In this document: in pieces, positions 1-36,224 of the stretch
How the letters are laid out: the number at the start of each line of letters is the position of its first letter
Position numbering within the stretch: position 1 is the stretch's first letter
DNA from: Chrysomallon squamiferum
Taxonomy: Eukaryota; Animalia; Mollusca
Reading direction: 5' to 3'
Assembly: GCA_012295275.1 (NCBI GenBank)
Contig: CM022674.1
Coordinates: forward strand, 7,502,001-7,566,000
Length of the DNA: 64,000 nucleotides
Notes under the pieces: model-generated
Told to the model about the DNA's origin: nothing
Database searches by the model: none
Seen by the model: only the letters and a program-made list of their open reading frames with translations
Position numbers and translations under genes: made by a program

Positions 1-95
1 TTTCATTATTTCAATATAAAAAAAATAAAATAAATAAACATATATATATATATATTAATATATTTTAATTATATTTGTCTATTTTATAAATACTG

Positions 96-150
<55 letters not shown>

Positions 151-569
151 ATTATATATATATATATATGCACTCAGGAATATATAGATTTACAGTTAAT
201 TAAATATTTTAAAACATTAATAATGATTAATGAATGAGGTGAAGAGAAATATGAAGGAAAGAAAATGACAAGGTCAGACAGACAGACAGAAAGACAGATG
301 GAGCCAAAAACACAGAATGATAAAAAAAAAAAAAAAAAATAGCCAAAAATATGTTGATGAAGTAACATCAATATTCAAAACAGTTTTCTCTCTGTTCATC
401 ATATTAAAATAAATATTATTCATTTGATGAAAATTCATCTTTCTCTATTCATCATTAAAATATTCCTTCCTTCCTTCCTTCCTTCATTCATTCATTTGTT
501 CTGTCTTCACACATTCCATTCTTGACCAGTGAGTTATTTCATGTGACTGACCAGTGAGTTGTAATTCAG

Positions 570-2565
<1,996 letters not shown>

Positions 2566-3232
2566 GCCAGTGGGTGACGTGGTTACATTTCTGTAAATTA
2601 TTATTTTTGCAATAAGAAACAGTGTATTTGATTGGTTGATTCAGTTTTGTTTAATGGATGGTGTATGAGTTGTTTTATTTGTATATGAATTTTACTTTTA
2701 CAGGGAAATTTTCGTTTTATTTTCTTTTACTCTGTTATTTTTCTTGTTTTTAAAAACGAATTTTAATTAATATATCTTCATCTAATTGAAAAGAAGATTG
2801 CTTCTCAATAAAATTAAACTTAAAATGAACATTTTATAATAATTATTATCTTCAGATCAAATTAGATAGCATTAATTTTAATTTAAGAGAATTAATTTTT
2901 GATTTGATTTATATTAAAATAAGGCAATTTTTCAAAATTTTAAGTTTTGTTTATATATAAATACAAATTTTTAAAAACCTGAAAAATTAATGCAAAATAA
3001 AATGAAAACAAAGGATGTTTTCATTATTGTTAAAAAATAAAATTAAAATAAGTTAATTTAAAAAAAAAAAAAAAAATTATCATTGACAAATTGCATTATG
3101 TTTAGTACAACTGTTTTATTTCCTGAAATGAGTGCCATTTATGGTTGTTGTTGTTCGGTTGTTTTTTATTTATTTTTATCATTTGGGGGGCTTTTTCTTG
3201 TTTTTATATATCTATATCTATATATATAATAA

Positions 3233-3284
<52 letters not shown>

Positions 3285-3724
3285 TACACACACACACATT
3301 ATTAAATTCCTTCTTCATGTTTGTAATTCAACAGTAAATAAATTTATAAAGTGTATTGTACATAACTGATGAACTATTGCACTGATGACTTTCTGTATTG
3401 TGTAACTGTACATTTATTTCTGTATATTTGATCATCTGTGTATTAAATTATTACACTACTAGTACAATTTAAAATATTTTATTCATTCTGTACACACTAA
3501 ATTAAGTGATGTACTTAGTTTTTTCACTCTGATTTTTTCATTCAAAATAAATATATTTATTTAAAGTTTGTGGATGGAGGTAAAGTAATAAATTGATACT
3601 CTTTATATTCAGAAATAAAGAAGTAATATAATTAATATTAAAATATAACAAAACATTTTAAAATAAAAATAAAAATTAATTGTAGTGCATTGAATATTTA
3701 TTCATTCGTTTATTTATTTATTTG

Positions 3725-3783
<59 letters not shown>

Positions 3784-3894
3784 CCATTTAATAGTTTAAA
3801 CTAAACTAATCATTTTAATTTTTTAATATTTATTTTGGTGTGTATTGATGAATTTAATTTGTAAGACATTTTATTCGTTTCTTGTATTTTTAAA

Positions 3895-3967
<73 letters not shown>

Positions 3968-4143
3968 GTGATGTATATAGTTTTAATCACGTGCTCAATA
4001 ATGGCGTTACGTAATGCGCTACGTTCTCAGGTGCTGACGTCATCAGATTGCGATCTTGCTGTACATTTTTTGTGTTTTCACAGATCGCTAGTCGGTTGTG
4101 AATTATTTGTATTTCAGATTTTCTACTCACAGTCAGTAACGAT

Positions 4144-4284
4144 GCGGATCCAGGAAATATTACGTAAAACCAACCGCTGGAAATTTTTATTTTGAAATAC
4201 ATGTGTTGGTGCGTTAACACTTTTAAAATGGCCGAAATTTTAACTTCTCGGGAGAGAACTTGACAAAAATTTTCCTGGATCCGC
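4144..4284. mobile_element. Small inverted-repeat element (MITE-like remnant)
   Basis: GCGGATCCAGGAAA at 4144 and its reverse complement TTTCCTGGATCCGC ending at 4284; no clear TSD. Confidence 0.5.
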
Positions 4285-4366
4285 TGCTTAAATTCTGTTG
4301 ATATTAATATGATTATACGTTTATCTTTATTTTGAATTTACAGTAACTGTTTTGGTTGTTGCTTTG

Positions 4367-4432
<66 letters not shown>

Positions 4433-4517
4433 ATATAGCCTTTTATTTATCGTTATGATTGCTTATCCAATTAATTCTCACATAAAAAAAAAAAAAATTG
4501 TGAATTATGTTTATATA

Positions 4518-4872
4518 TATATATATATTAATAGAAATATGGTCTCTAAAAAAAAGAGTTAATTTAATTGTTATATTTTATTTATTTATTTATTTGTTTG
4601 TTTATTTATTTTTGATTTTTTCTTTTTATTTGACAATTATATATATATTAATAGAAATATGGTCTCTAAAAAAAAGAGTTAATTTAATTGTTATATTTTA
4701 TTTATTTATTTGTTTGTTTATTTATTTTTGATTTTTTCTTTTTATTTGACAATTATATATATATTAATAGAAATATGGTCTCTAAAAAAAAAAGTTAATT
4801 TAATTGTTATATTTTATTTATTTATTTGTTTGTTTATTTATTTTTGATTTTTTCTTTTTATTTGACAATTAC
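4518..4872. repeat. Tandem repeat, ~118-bp unit x3
   Basis: Three copies of atatattaatagaaatatggtctctaaaaaaaagagttaatttaattgttatatttt...ttgacaatt. Confidence 0.85.
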
Positions 4873-6005
4873 TGTTTTCCAAATCCTGTTAACTGTAAAT
4901 ATATATTTATTTTACGAGCTGGGCTGTATTCAAATTAAATTCAGCGAATTTAGATGTTATTAAAATACTATTAAAACGTTTCTCGTTGTAAAGATTAATT
5001 TTAACTAAATTATTTGTATTATAAAGAATTTTTAAATGAAATGTAAAGAAATATAATTTACGTTTTAAAAGATCGAAAATTGACGAATTTTAACGACCTT
5101 ATGACGTCATATCATTGTTTTAATGACCTACGCACTTCTATTTCTTTTTATTATTAGATTTTATTTATTTATTTATTATTATTATTAATTTTAAACTTTG
5201 ATTCTTCGAATATTATACTTGAAAAACGTTTATTTTTTTAAAATTTTGGTGCAGAAACACCAGAAAACAAACATGAACATTTTAGGTTGTGTATTGTGAT
5301 TATAAATGTGTTTTATTTTTTACTATCTCGACGTTCTTGTCTCCCTTGTCGTTGTTTTGTGATGTACGGTGGCTGGCTGAGTTCATACTTGTGTATATAG
5401 TTAATGTTATTATTACTGTGGCATATATACATATATATATATTTTACTGTTTGTGCATATTTCAGTGTAGTGGATTAAAATCATTCATAATTTCGTCATC
5501 ATGTAACTAGGTCCTATTTTTATTAGCTTGAACGGGCGCATCAACAACAGTAAGAAAAAAGAGTAAAATACGAGGAAAAATTCCAACCTAACTGTCGTAT
5601 ACTGCATGTCACGGATTCGTATGTTTTCGTCTGACAGACTTTCATTTAACATTTAATTTTTACGTCATATGCTGTACTATTAATAGACGATATAATGACA
5701 ACGCATTCCCTTCACTGAAATGAATAGTAGGCGATGGCGTAATTATATTTGACGTCACAGTCCATTATTAGCAACAAATTTGTTTATCAACGGAAACGGG
5801 GTAAGTTTAGACTGATATTATTAAAATAGATATAAATAATTATTTATATTACTTTTGCTTGGTTTTAGTTGTCTTTTTTATTTTTTTTTTTTTTTTTAAA
5901 TATAAGCTGATTTTATTATATACAAGACTGTTTATTTATTTTAATTTTGAATAAAATCAGCATGTTTTGATTTTTTATTATTATTACTATCATCATTTTC
6001 GTTTA

Positions 6006-6051
<46 letters not shown>

Positions 6052-6397
6052 AGTGAATGTATGTTGTGATATGTAAAGAAATCAAAAGCATTCCATCTTG
6101 TGTTGTACGTGTATTGTCAGAAAAGTGCTTCCAATCTTTTCTTTTGTAAATATCGCTGGAAAGCTCTCTACAGACATAAAAACATAACAAATTTTCTTTG
6201 TCTTTTGTTTTCTTTCGATTTTATCAGCAGAAACACACATACGTGAATGAACAACAAAAAAAAAACGTTTCAAACTGTTATATATTTTATATTATTTAAA
6301 GACAACATCGACATTTTTTATTAGTTTATTTTTCTGTTATTATTTACTACTACTACTATTACTACTTCTACTTTTATTAGTATTACTACCACTATTA

Positions 6398-6456
<59 letters not shown>

Positions 6457-8233
6457 GTTGTAGAATAGTAGAAGTAGTAAATGTAGTAGCAGTAGTTACA
6501 GTAGCAGCAGTAGTGGTGGTGGTGGTGGTAGCAGTAGTTTTGTGTCGTGTTGTTTATATGTCAGTGTGTGGATACCCTCTTTGGCACAGTGCCGCCTAAA
6601 GATAAAGAAAATGGTGATCGCATGAGAAAGACGAAGTGGACAATAGTTACACAAAAACTCGGTGAAAGAGAGAGACACGAAACAGATAAAGCGAAAGGAG
6701 AAGAGATAGACAAAGACAGAGAAAGACAAATATATACAGATAAACAGGCTGTTAGTTGATGAATAATAGATAGATATAGATACGTAGACAGACAAGGAGA
6801 AAGTGTGAGAGTTACAGTAAGAATGTACAAACAGACGTACAGGTTTTCTCTAGGTTTTAGAGCACGATCTCGGTAATGTACATGTATAGTTTGAGCCTAC
6901 GTCTGTTGGGAGCAAGAACTCTGTCGATTGTTCTCTGTCGAGTTACTAATTAAATGATCATTTCTTTGCCATGCTTCAGAGTCGAAGATGAAAATGTTCA
7001 GCTCATTTCTTCGATTACGAGCCGTTCTCTCTTTCCGCGGCCTAATCCTTTCACTGGGCGTGTGTGAAGGACAGAGGGGCAATCGACTAACTGCCATCTT
7101 TAATAGCTGGACTCACTTAAACTTAACTGTCTTAATCAGCGTTTCAATTGAAACGTTTTACTTCAACAGTGTAAGTGGTTCAGTCAATTATCACTTTCCA
7201 GTTTCACAATCCCTTTGGGTGGGGGGAGGCCTTTTCTTATAATGAACGAACCCGTCTGGAGTAGTCTGGGGGGGTTGTAAACAAATTGATGGGTTTCAGT
7301 GCTAGCTATGGCGTTCTATTTTGTATGAGATATTTAAAAAAAAAAGAAAAAAAAAATGAAAAAAGTTAAGGGTTGTTATTTAGACGAGTGATTATGTGTC
7401 TATCACCAAAGTTTCTTGTAAAATATGGTTTTGGTTCAAGTAAAAGGAACGAGTTAATGGACGTCTATTTGCGCACACAAAGGACGCGCAACGTAAAAAG
7501 ACTTAAAGAAATTGGATTGCTGTACATTCAGTCTGTCTGTCTGTGCTTCCACTCGTCCACTTTAATCAACAACGTACTCCCCGCTCGGATTAAAGCCAAT
7601 AAAACGTGCAGTGTCACCCGCCCAGGCGTGCGATCTCTTTACATTCTGTTAAATTAAAGTTAAAATTACGTGTTTTACGTTACTTTTATGGGACGTTCAC
7701 CAGTGGTAATACATTTTATCAACTAACAAAATTTGAAATTTACCGCTGAAATAAAACCGCGTCCGTACGAGTGTGTTTTTGTGTGTGTGTCTCAGTGTGA
7801 ATATTTTTGGTATTTAATTGTGATTACTTCCTTTTGTACGTATGCTTGTATCTACGCACGGTATGCATACATGCACATGTATGACTGAATGTGTGTTTGA
7901 TTATGTTTGTGTGTCTGTGTATGTGTAAACTTGTATATGATATTTCAGACAATGTCGCTCACAAATGAATATCTTATATTTCAGAAAAACACAAACACAT
8001 ACACATATGTATATACAATAACAATGCAGATAGAATACACATACAAAACAGCATACTTAAAGAAACACAGTAACAGCACATACATCCACAACCTAATCAG
8101 TAATGATACACATACATACACATCAACAGATACCAGTAAATAATAATTACTGAGACATATACTCACATGTACACACAAACATACAGACAGCAATAATCTA
8201 CACACACACACATACCTATATATAGCAATAATA

Positions 8234-8388
8234 TATAGTAATAATCTGCACAGTACATACATACATACATACATACCTACATACATACGTACATACATAC
8301 ATACATACATACATACATACATACATACATACATACATACATACATACATACATACATACATACATACATACATACATACATACATAC
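8234..8388. repeat. (ACAT)n tetranucleotide microsatellite
   Basis: Direct reading of the sequence. Confidence 0.9.
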
Positions 8389-8457
8389 AGGGTAATACTA
8401 AACTACATGAGTAATTCACGCGTACATTCACACACACATACACAGCAATAATCTACA

Positions 8458-8535
8458 CTTGATAACCAAATGGTAATATCGTCCGCCTTCGGAGTGCTGG
8501 CGAGTGGATGTCGTAGGTTCGAGTCTCGCCAGTGC
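8458..8535 (+). mobile_element. tRNA-derived SINE head (Pol III A/B box-like)
   Basis: A-box-like TAACCAAATGGT at ~8463 and B-box-like GGTTCGAGTC at ~8516; no convincing cloverleaf. Confidence 0.45.
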
Positions 8536-10375
8536 AGAGTTTAATGAGATGTACATAAATATTCAGATCCTAAGTAATAATACATCTTACATAGACGCAA
8601 TAAAAATATACACATAATAGCAAATCTTACACATAACAGACAGTACTAAAACACACATACGTACACAACCACACATACACGGTAAGAAAACAACGATTAC
8701 ATGCAGTTATAATAGATACGTACATACAAAATACATAGGCTGTACATAGTTTAAAAACATATACAAATATTTCAAAACCTGTTCATTATGTCAGTAAAAC
8801 AAATTCTAAAAAAAAGTCTTCTAAATGGGCACAGATACATAAATACGACATAATTTCTTTCCTTTTTCATTTCTTTGTTCTTTTTTTTTTTTTTTAATCA
8901 ATTTATTTTTTATTATTATTTTCTTTCTAACGAAAAAAAAAAAATTGAAAAATTTTTTTGGGCGTTGACATATTTGTTTCGGTTGTGAATGAGAATGTGT
9001 ATCACATATTATTAGCATTTCTTTTTTTGTTTGTTTAAAAGCTCAAAACAAAGGTCAAACGCATACGAGAAGAGGGCAAAAACGGAATTAGGTGACAAGC
9101 GTTATCAGAGCCAGATGTGATACTATTGTTACAAGCGAGCTTTCCAGTACGGAACATTCACTTTTTATTGAATTCTGCTGAAACTGTCACCACTCCTACA
9201 TCTTAATATCAGACACAAACAAAACACAGCTACTGTTCTGCGGCAAATCCTTTTCTTTTTTTTTTTTTTTTTTCTTTTTTCTTTATAACATAAAAGGATA
9301 AATAAAAGGATTAAAAATAACTATAATATTAAAAAATAAAAATAAAAACTTGAACTGTCTAAGTTTGATTTTGGTGTTGATGTAGTACGGATGCAAGTTT
9401 TCGTACATATGGAGTGTATATTAAAATAAAATAAAATAAAATAACTTTACACTTACGCACCTACACAAAGACACATATTTTAGTTTATTTGTATTGTCGT
9501 CTGCCTCCTGAGTAAAAAATAAAATGATAATAACAAAAAGAAAAACAGAAAGAAAGAAAGAAAAAGGAAAAATAAGGAGGAAAGAAAAGAGAAAAAGAAA
9601 ACGAAAACGCAAAAAGCATTATATATATATATAAAAAACAAATTTGTGAGAAAGTATATTTGTTCTGTTTCCTAGTTATGTCATGAAATCACATAAAAAC
9701 CAAACGAAACCAAATTTGGCGTAGACCCAGTCTGTATAGGTATTTTTAACATTCCTATTGCACGAGATGAAACGAAAGAAAAAAGTGAAAATTTCGTTTT
9801 CTGTGCCTCCTAATAGAGTTCTTATTTTAATATTACCTAAGATTTCTCGTCAGATTTGTTTTGAAAATGCCAAACGCCTGGAAATATATAAAGTATATTT
9901 TAGTCGGTTATTCGATCATCAGTAATGTATATGTATTTTTAGAATATATTTTATTATCTTTTTTTAAAAACTTTTTATATTTTTTTATTTGCTGTTACAA
10001 AATGCCAACAAAGACTGAGTTGTGGTACTTTTTTTTACTACTTGAAACATCTCGTTTTCCCAGTATTCGTCTGGAAGTACTTTCTCTTCTGTCATCGTAC
10101 TTTCCTCCTTAAATATGTATTGCTCTGAATTATTTCGAGATGAGTACAATTTCTTTTATATTTTTTTTAAACAGAGTAGAGAAAAAAAAGTCTTGTAGTT
10201 TTGGTGCATTGGACGATAAAGAGAAACACAAATAATACATTTTTTATTTTCTGAATGAAAACACTATTACAAATAAAACAACAACAACGACAACAATAAT
10301 AAGAATGATAACAACGTAATAGTTAAAACGATAATGATAATAATAATAACAATAACAGCAACAAAGCCAAAACGT

Positions 10376-10440
<65 letters not shown>

Positions 10441-10819
10441 AATAACAACAATAATAATAATAACAAGAAGAAGAAGAAGAAGAAGAAGAAGAAGAAGAAG
10501 AATTATAATACAATAATACATTACAAACAGACGATAGATAGAAAGACAGATACAGATATGCACATACATACACACTCCTTATTTCTGGAGGAATATTTTG
10601 TCGACTCTGTTACAAGGTTAGATTAAGAACCAAAGAAGATGCTGGAAAATAAATGAATCTGTTGTATAAAGACGACGTTGCCAACTTATTTCACATACCT
10701 GCTGATGTGTTAACAAACCTAGATTAAAAGCTTAACACAGGAAATAACACAGACATCAATTCTTCCAAACAAGGTTTTTACTGTTTCATGTAATATAAGC
10801 GTCTGTATTTACCGTGTGT

Positions 10820-11320
10820 AGTGTTGTTTACTATAGATATATATATTGTTATTTACTGTGATTGATGTTATTTATTATAGATATATATATTGTTATTTAC
10901 TGTGAATGATGTTGTTTATTATAGATGTATATATTGTTATTTACTGTGAATGATGTTGTTTACTATAGATGTATATATTGTTATTTACTGTGATTGATGT
11001 TGTTTACTATATTATTATTAATATTGACTGATATTGTTTGCAGTATTGTAAACAATAATGACTGATATTGTTTGCTGTATTGTAAACAATAGTGACTGAT
11101 ATTGTTTGCAGTATTGTAAACAATAATGACTGATATTGTTTGCAGTATTGTAAACAATAATGACTGATATTGTTTGCTGTATTGTAAACAATAGTGACCG
11201 ATATTTTTTACTGTATTGTTATTAATAGTGACTGATATTGTGTACTGTATTGTTAATAATAGTGACTGATATTGTTTACTGTATTGTTAATAATAGTGAC
11301 TGATATTGTTTACTGATATC
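10820..11320. repeat. Two adjacent minisatellites (~39-43-bp and ~33-bp units)
   Basis: Copies of gatgttgtttactatagatgtatatattgttatttactgtg followed by copies of gactgatattgtttgcagtattgtaaacaataat. Confidence 0.8.
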
Positions 11321-12212
11321 GCTTTCTGTCATTCTTATTTTCTTCTTCTCTCTATCTCTGGATCTCTATACAGATGACAGACATACATACACACACAAAA
11401 TAACAAACACATAAAAAAAAAAAAAAAGGAAGTAAACTAAAACTCAGAAAGATATTTATTTTTATCCTTTTTTTATCCTTTTATATTATAAAGAAAGAAA
11501 AGAAAGAAAAGAGGATTTACCACAGAACAGTAGCTGTGTTTCGTTTACTTCTGACATTCAGACGTAGGAGTGGCGACTGTTTCAGCAGACGTCACCGAAC
11601 TCAATGAAGCCGATAGAGATAACTTTTGCTGAGAATAAAAATAGAGTGATTGTTACAAACAGTTTTAGTGAACAGAGTCAAAAGGTGAAGAATAAAATTA
11701 AGTTGACAAAACTTATTTGTTTCAGGTCATTATTCCTTTCTTTCTTCTTTGTTCAGTTTTAGTTTTTTGTTTTTTGTTATTATTTTTCTTTTTCTTTTTA
11801 ATTTTTTTTCTTCTTTTTCTTTTTCTTTTTAATGTTTTCTTCTTTTTCTTTTTCTTGGTAAAACAAATATTTGTTCTTATCTTTTATAATACAGTGAAAT
11901 ATGCACGCGAAACGCGACCTAGATACGAATACAAAAGACAGGTAAATAATACTTATGGCGCGTATCTGTACTTGGCGGTGCGGAGAAAAACGATGAGATA
12001 AAAAATGTCATCGTGGTCGTGTTTTCACAGTACACGTAACGCTAAACGTCTGTACGGGTACATGTTCCAGTTGTTGTCATTTTAACTCGGTAACACAGAG
12101 CTGAAACCCGAGTAATAAATAACATTCTGTGGTGATTACGTGTTCGGGTTTAATTTTATATAACATAAATATGTCTAAAGGACTGAATGAGTGAGAGATG
12201 GAGGGACAAAAT

Positions 12213-12287
<75 letters not shown>

Positions 12288-13666
12288 ACTGCAATGTATT
12301 TTTATCATTTTAGTGTTCATTCATTATTATTATTGTTATTATTTCTGGTACTGCTGTTATTATTATTATTATTATCGAGAGAGAATTTGACTGATTTATA
12401 TATTTATCTTTCTTAATACCGAGAATCTGTAAACATATTTTTAATACACACATTTTACACGAATAACGGGAATGTTATTGAGCATTATAATGTGTATTCA
12501 CACACGCACACATACACACATAAATATAGTGGTGTCATCTTTCATGCAAAATACTTCCTCCTTTAAACACGCAACATTTTAACTGCCTGTAAACACTGTT
12601 TTTTTATACGTCAGATGACCATAAAATCATATCGCTACGTCAGTGTGCTTTATCGATGCGTCTGTTAGACTTTAGAATGCCAATGAAAGTCTATGTAGAT
12701 ATGTTTTAAATATACAGTATGTACTAACAGTTCAAAGTATATAACATGTGACAGGTGGTGGGGGCAGAAAGAAAAAAGAACAAGTTGATGCACACACTGA
12801 GAATTACGTCACAATCAACATATTTCTCTGTTACTGTTAAGCCTACATCGTCAGTGACGTCTATAAATACATTTATTATTTAACTACTTCAGTCACCACA
12901 TTTTGCTCTGAACATGATACTTCATTAGACTTGTGGTATTTAATATAAGAAAAATTTCTATCGTGTATCCATCACTGACATTTACTGTTCACACTTGTTT
13001 GTCTAACACCCAACACTTTTATCACTGTTCTCATAAATATATACTAATATAAAATTTAAAAAAATTTAAAATAATTAAAAATATATTTAATAAATACAAT
13101 AAAATAAAATAAAATAAAATAAAATGTAATGGTCATTAATAATTTAAGAACAGACAGTCTGTTGTTAAAATACAAATGACCGTCACATTTAATTTTATTT
13201 AATTTTATTTTATTTGTTCGTTTTTTATTTATTTATTTATTTTATTGTTATGATTATTGATTTTTTTATATTTCATAATTTATTACAAGTATTTAAATAG
13301 ATGTTCACAGATAGCTAAATCATGTTAAACAAATAAATAAACAAATAATAAAAAAAAATAACAAAAGAAGAATATATTCATTTTCTCAAAGTAATAATTT
13401 TGCATAAAAAGTAAATAATAAAGGAAACAAAAAGACTATATTTTCACTCCTGTACATATTGTATATATTTTTTTTTATCTCTATATCTACATCAATCTAT
13501 CTATCTATCTCTCTGTGTGTGTATTTTATACACACACACATAGATATAAATACAAACAGGTAACGAATGTATAAAATATGGTAAGTATGCATATGTGTGT
13601 GTGCGTGCATATATAATACATGGATATATGTATGTGTGTATGTATGTATGTATATGTGTCTATATA

Positions 13667-13861
13667 TAGGGTGGCCCAAAAGTAGGTTTACAGTTATTAT
13701 GTAGGCAATTTATTTTAAAATACAAGCATGTTTCAAGCATTAAACAAAAACTGTTGCAGCATTCTTCAAACCTCTCTAGGACGCTCTGACACACAGTGCA
13801 AGCAACTTCAAACATATAAATGATAGTTTAATAACTGTAAACCTACTTTTGGGCCACACTG
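13667..13861. mobile_element. Tc1/mariner-type MITE (~195 bp)
   Basis: ~33-bp TIRs: left tagggtggcccaaaagtaggtttacagttatta; right end reverse-complements to cagtgtggcccaaaagtaggtttacagttatta; TA on both flanks. Confidence 0.8.
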
Positions 13862-13891
13862 TATACACACATATATATACACACACACACA

Positions 13892-13951
<60 letters not shown>

Positions 13952-14220
13952 CATACATACATATATATATATACATACATACATACATATATACATATAT
14001 ACATACATACATACATATATATATATGTGTGTGTGTGTATGTGTGTATGTATGTATGTGTATGTGTCTATATATATTCTCCACGTTTTCCTCTTTATAAA
14101 TCATTATTTATTTTCACTGACGTCACTAAATCTAACAAAGGCCTGTAACTCATACCAGCTCATGGTTGTAGATTGATCAAATAAGCCGCAGCAGTTCTCC
14201 GTCACGACAAGCCTGCTTCA

Positions 14221-14230
14221 GTCACGTGAC
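14221..14230. promoter_or_regulatory. Palindromic CLEAR/E-box GTCACGTGAC just upstream of the first coding exon of the GH20 gene
   Basis: Exact 10-bp match to the TFEB/MITF/USF CLEAR consensus, about 80 bp before the ATG at 14309. Function is inferred. Confidence 0.45.
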
Positions 14231-14308
14231 TGTGTGTAAGGGTCAAGTGACATCGTTTTTTGTGTTTTTTTTTCTTTAGTGACAGCGCTGCTGGATAAAC
14301 CAGGTGAA

Positions 14309-35417
<21,109 letters not shown>

Positions 35418-35657
35418 GTCTCATTTTTAAAACTGTCTTTATTCTGTGCAGCTTATGTTTTAATAAAATAGTTATTTTACATTTGGTTTTATATCTCTCT
35501 TGTTTGTTTCTTTTTATCATTAGTTTTACATTTAAATATATCTTAGTTTATTAATATATTGATCAAAGAATGTAAATATTAAAAAACTAAAACTGTTATA
35601 TAAACCAAATAAAAAATTGTTTTATTCTTTTATATAGTTTTTCATCACATTTCTATC

Positions 35658-35702
<45 letters not shown>

Positions 35703-36224
35703 TAGTAATAGTAATAATTAGAAATCAATTATAACAAAAAGAATTAAATAATTAATATAATAATGACCTGTATTTACATCTTTTAAATAATTATTTACAA
35801 TATCACAAAGTGGAATAAATGGGATATATATTCCTTTCTGGGAGAAACCTAATTAACAGTATATGAGTTCTGTAAGATTTACATATTAAACTTGTATATA
35901 ATCTGCATAAAAAATTAACACCTTGTTCATCACCATTAGCATAATTTATTCAATCAGCTTTTCATTATGTGTAATTCATAAAAACTTACCTTTCAAAGCT
36001 ATGTTTTATGAGTATTAAAATTTCTTAATGCCACAAGGAATGTTAAATAATTCAAACTTTCAGTCTTTAATACAGTTAATGACTGAGAGCAAAAGCTTTT
36101 AAAAGACTGAGTCTTTAAACAAGCACTAAACTGGTCACTGATTATGTTGTTTTAAATAATTAAAGAGGTTACTTTAGTTGTATACCATTCTTACATGAGC
36201 TGTGAGAATTAAAAAGACTAAAAA

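Noticed and set aside
8458-8535. Functional tRNA gene
   Set aside because: A/B-box-like motifs are present, but I could not fold a proper acceptor or anticodon stem.
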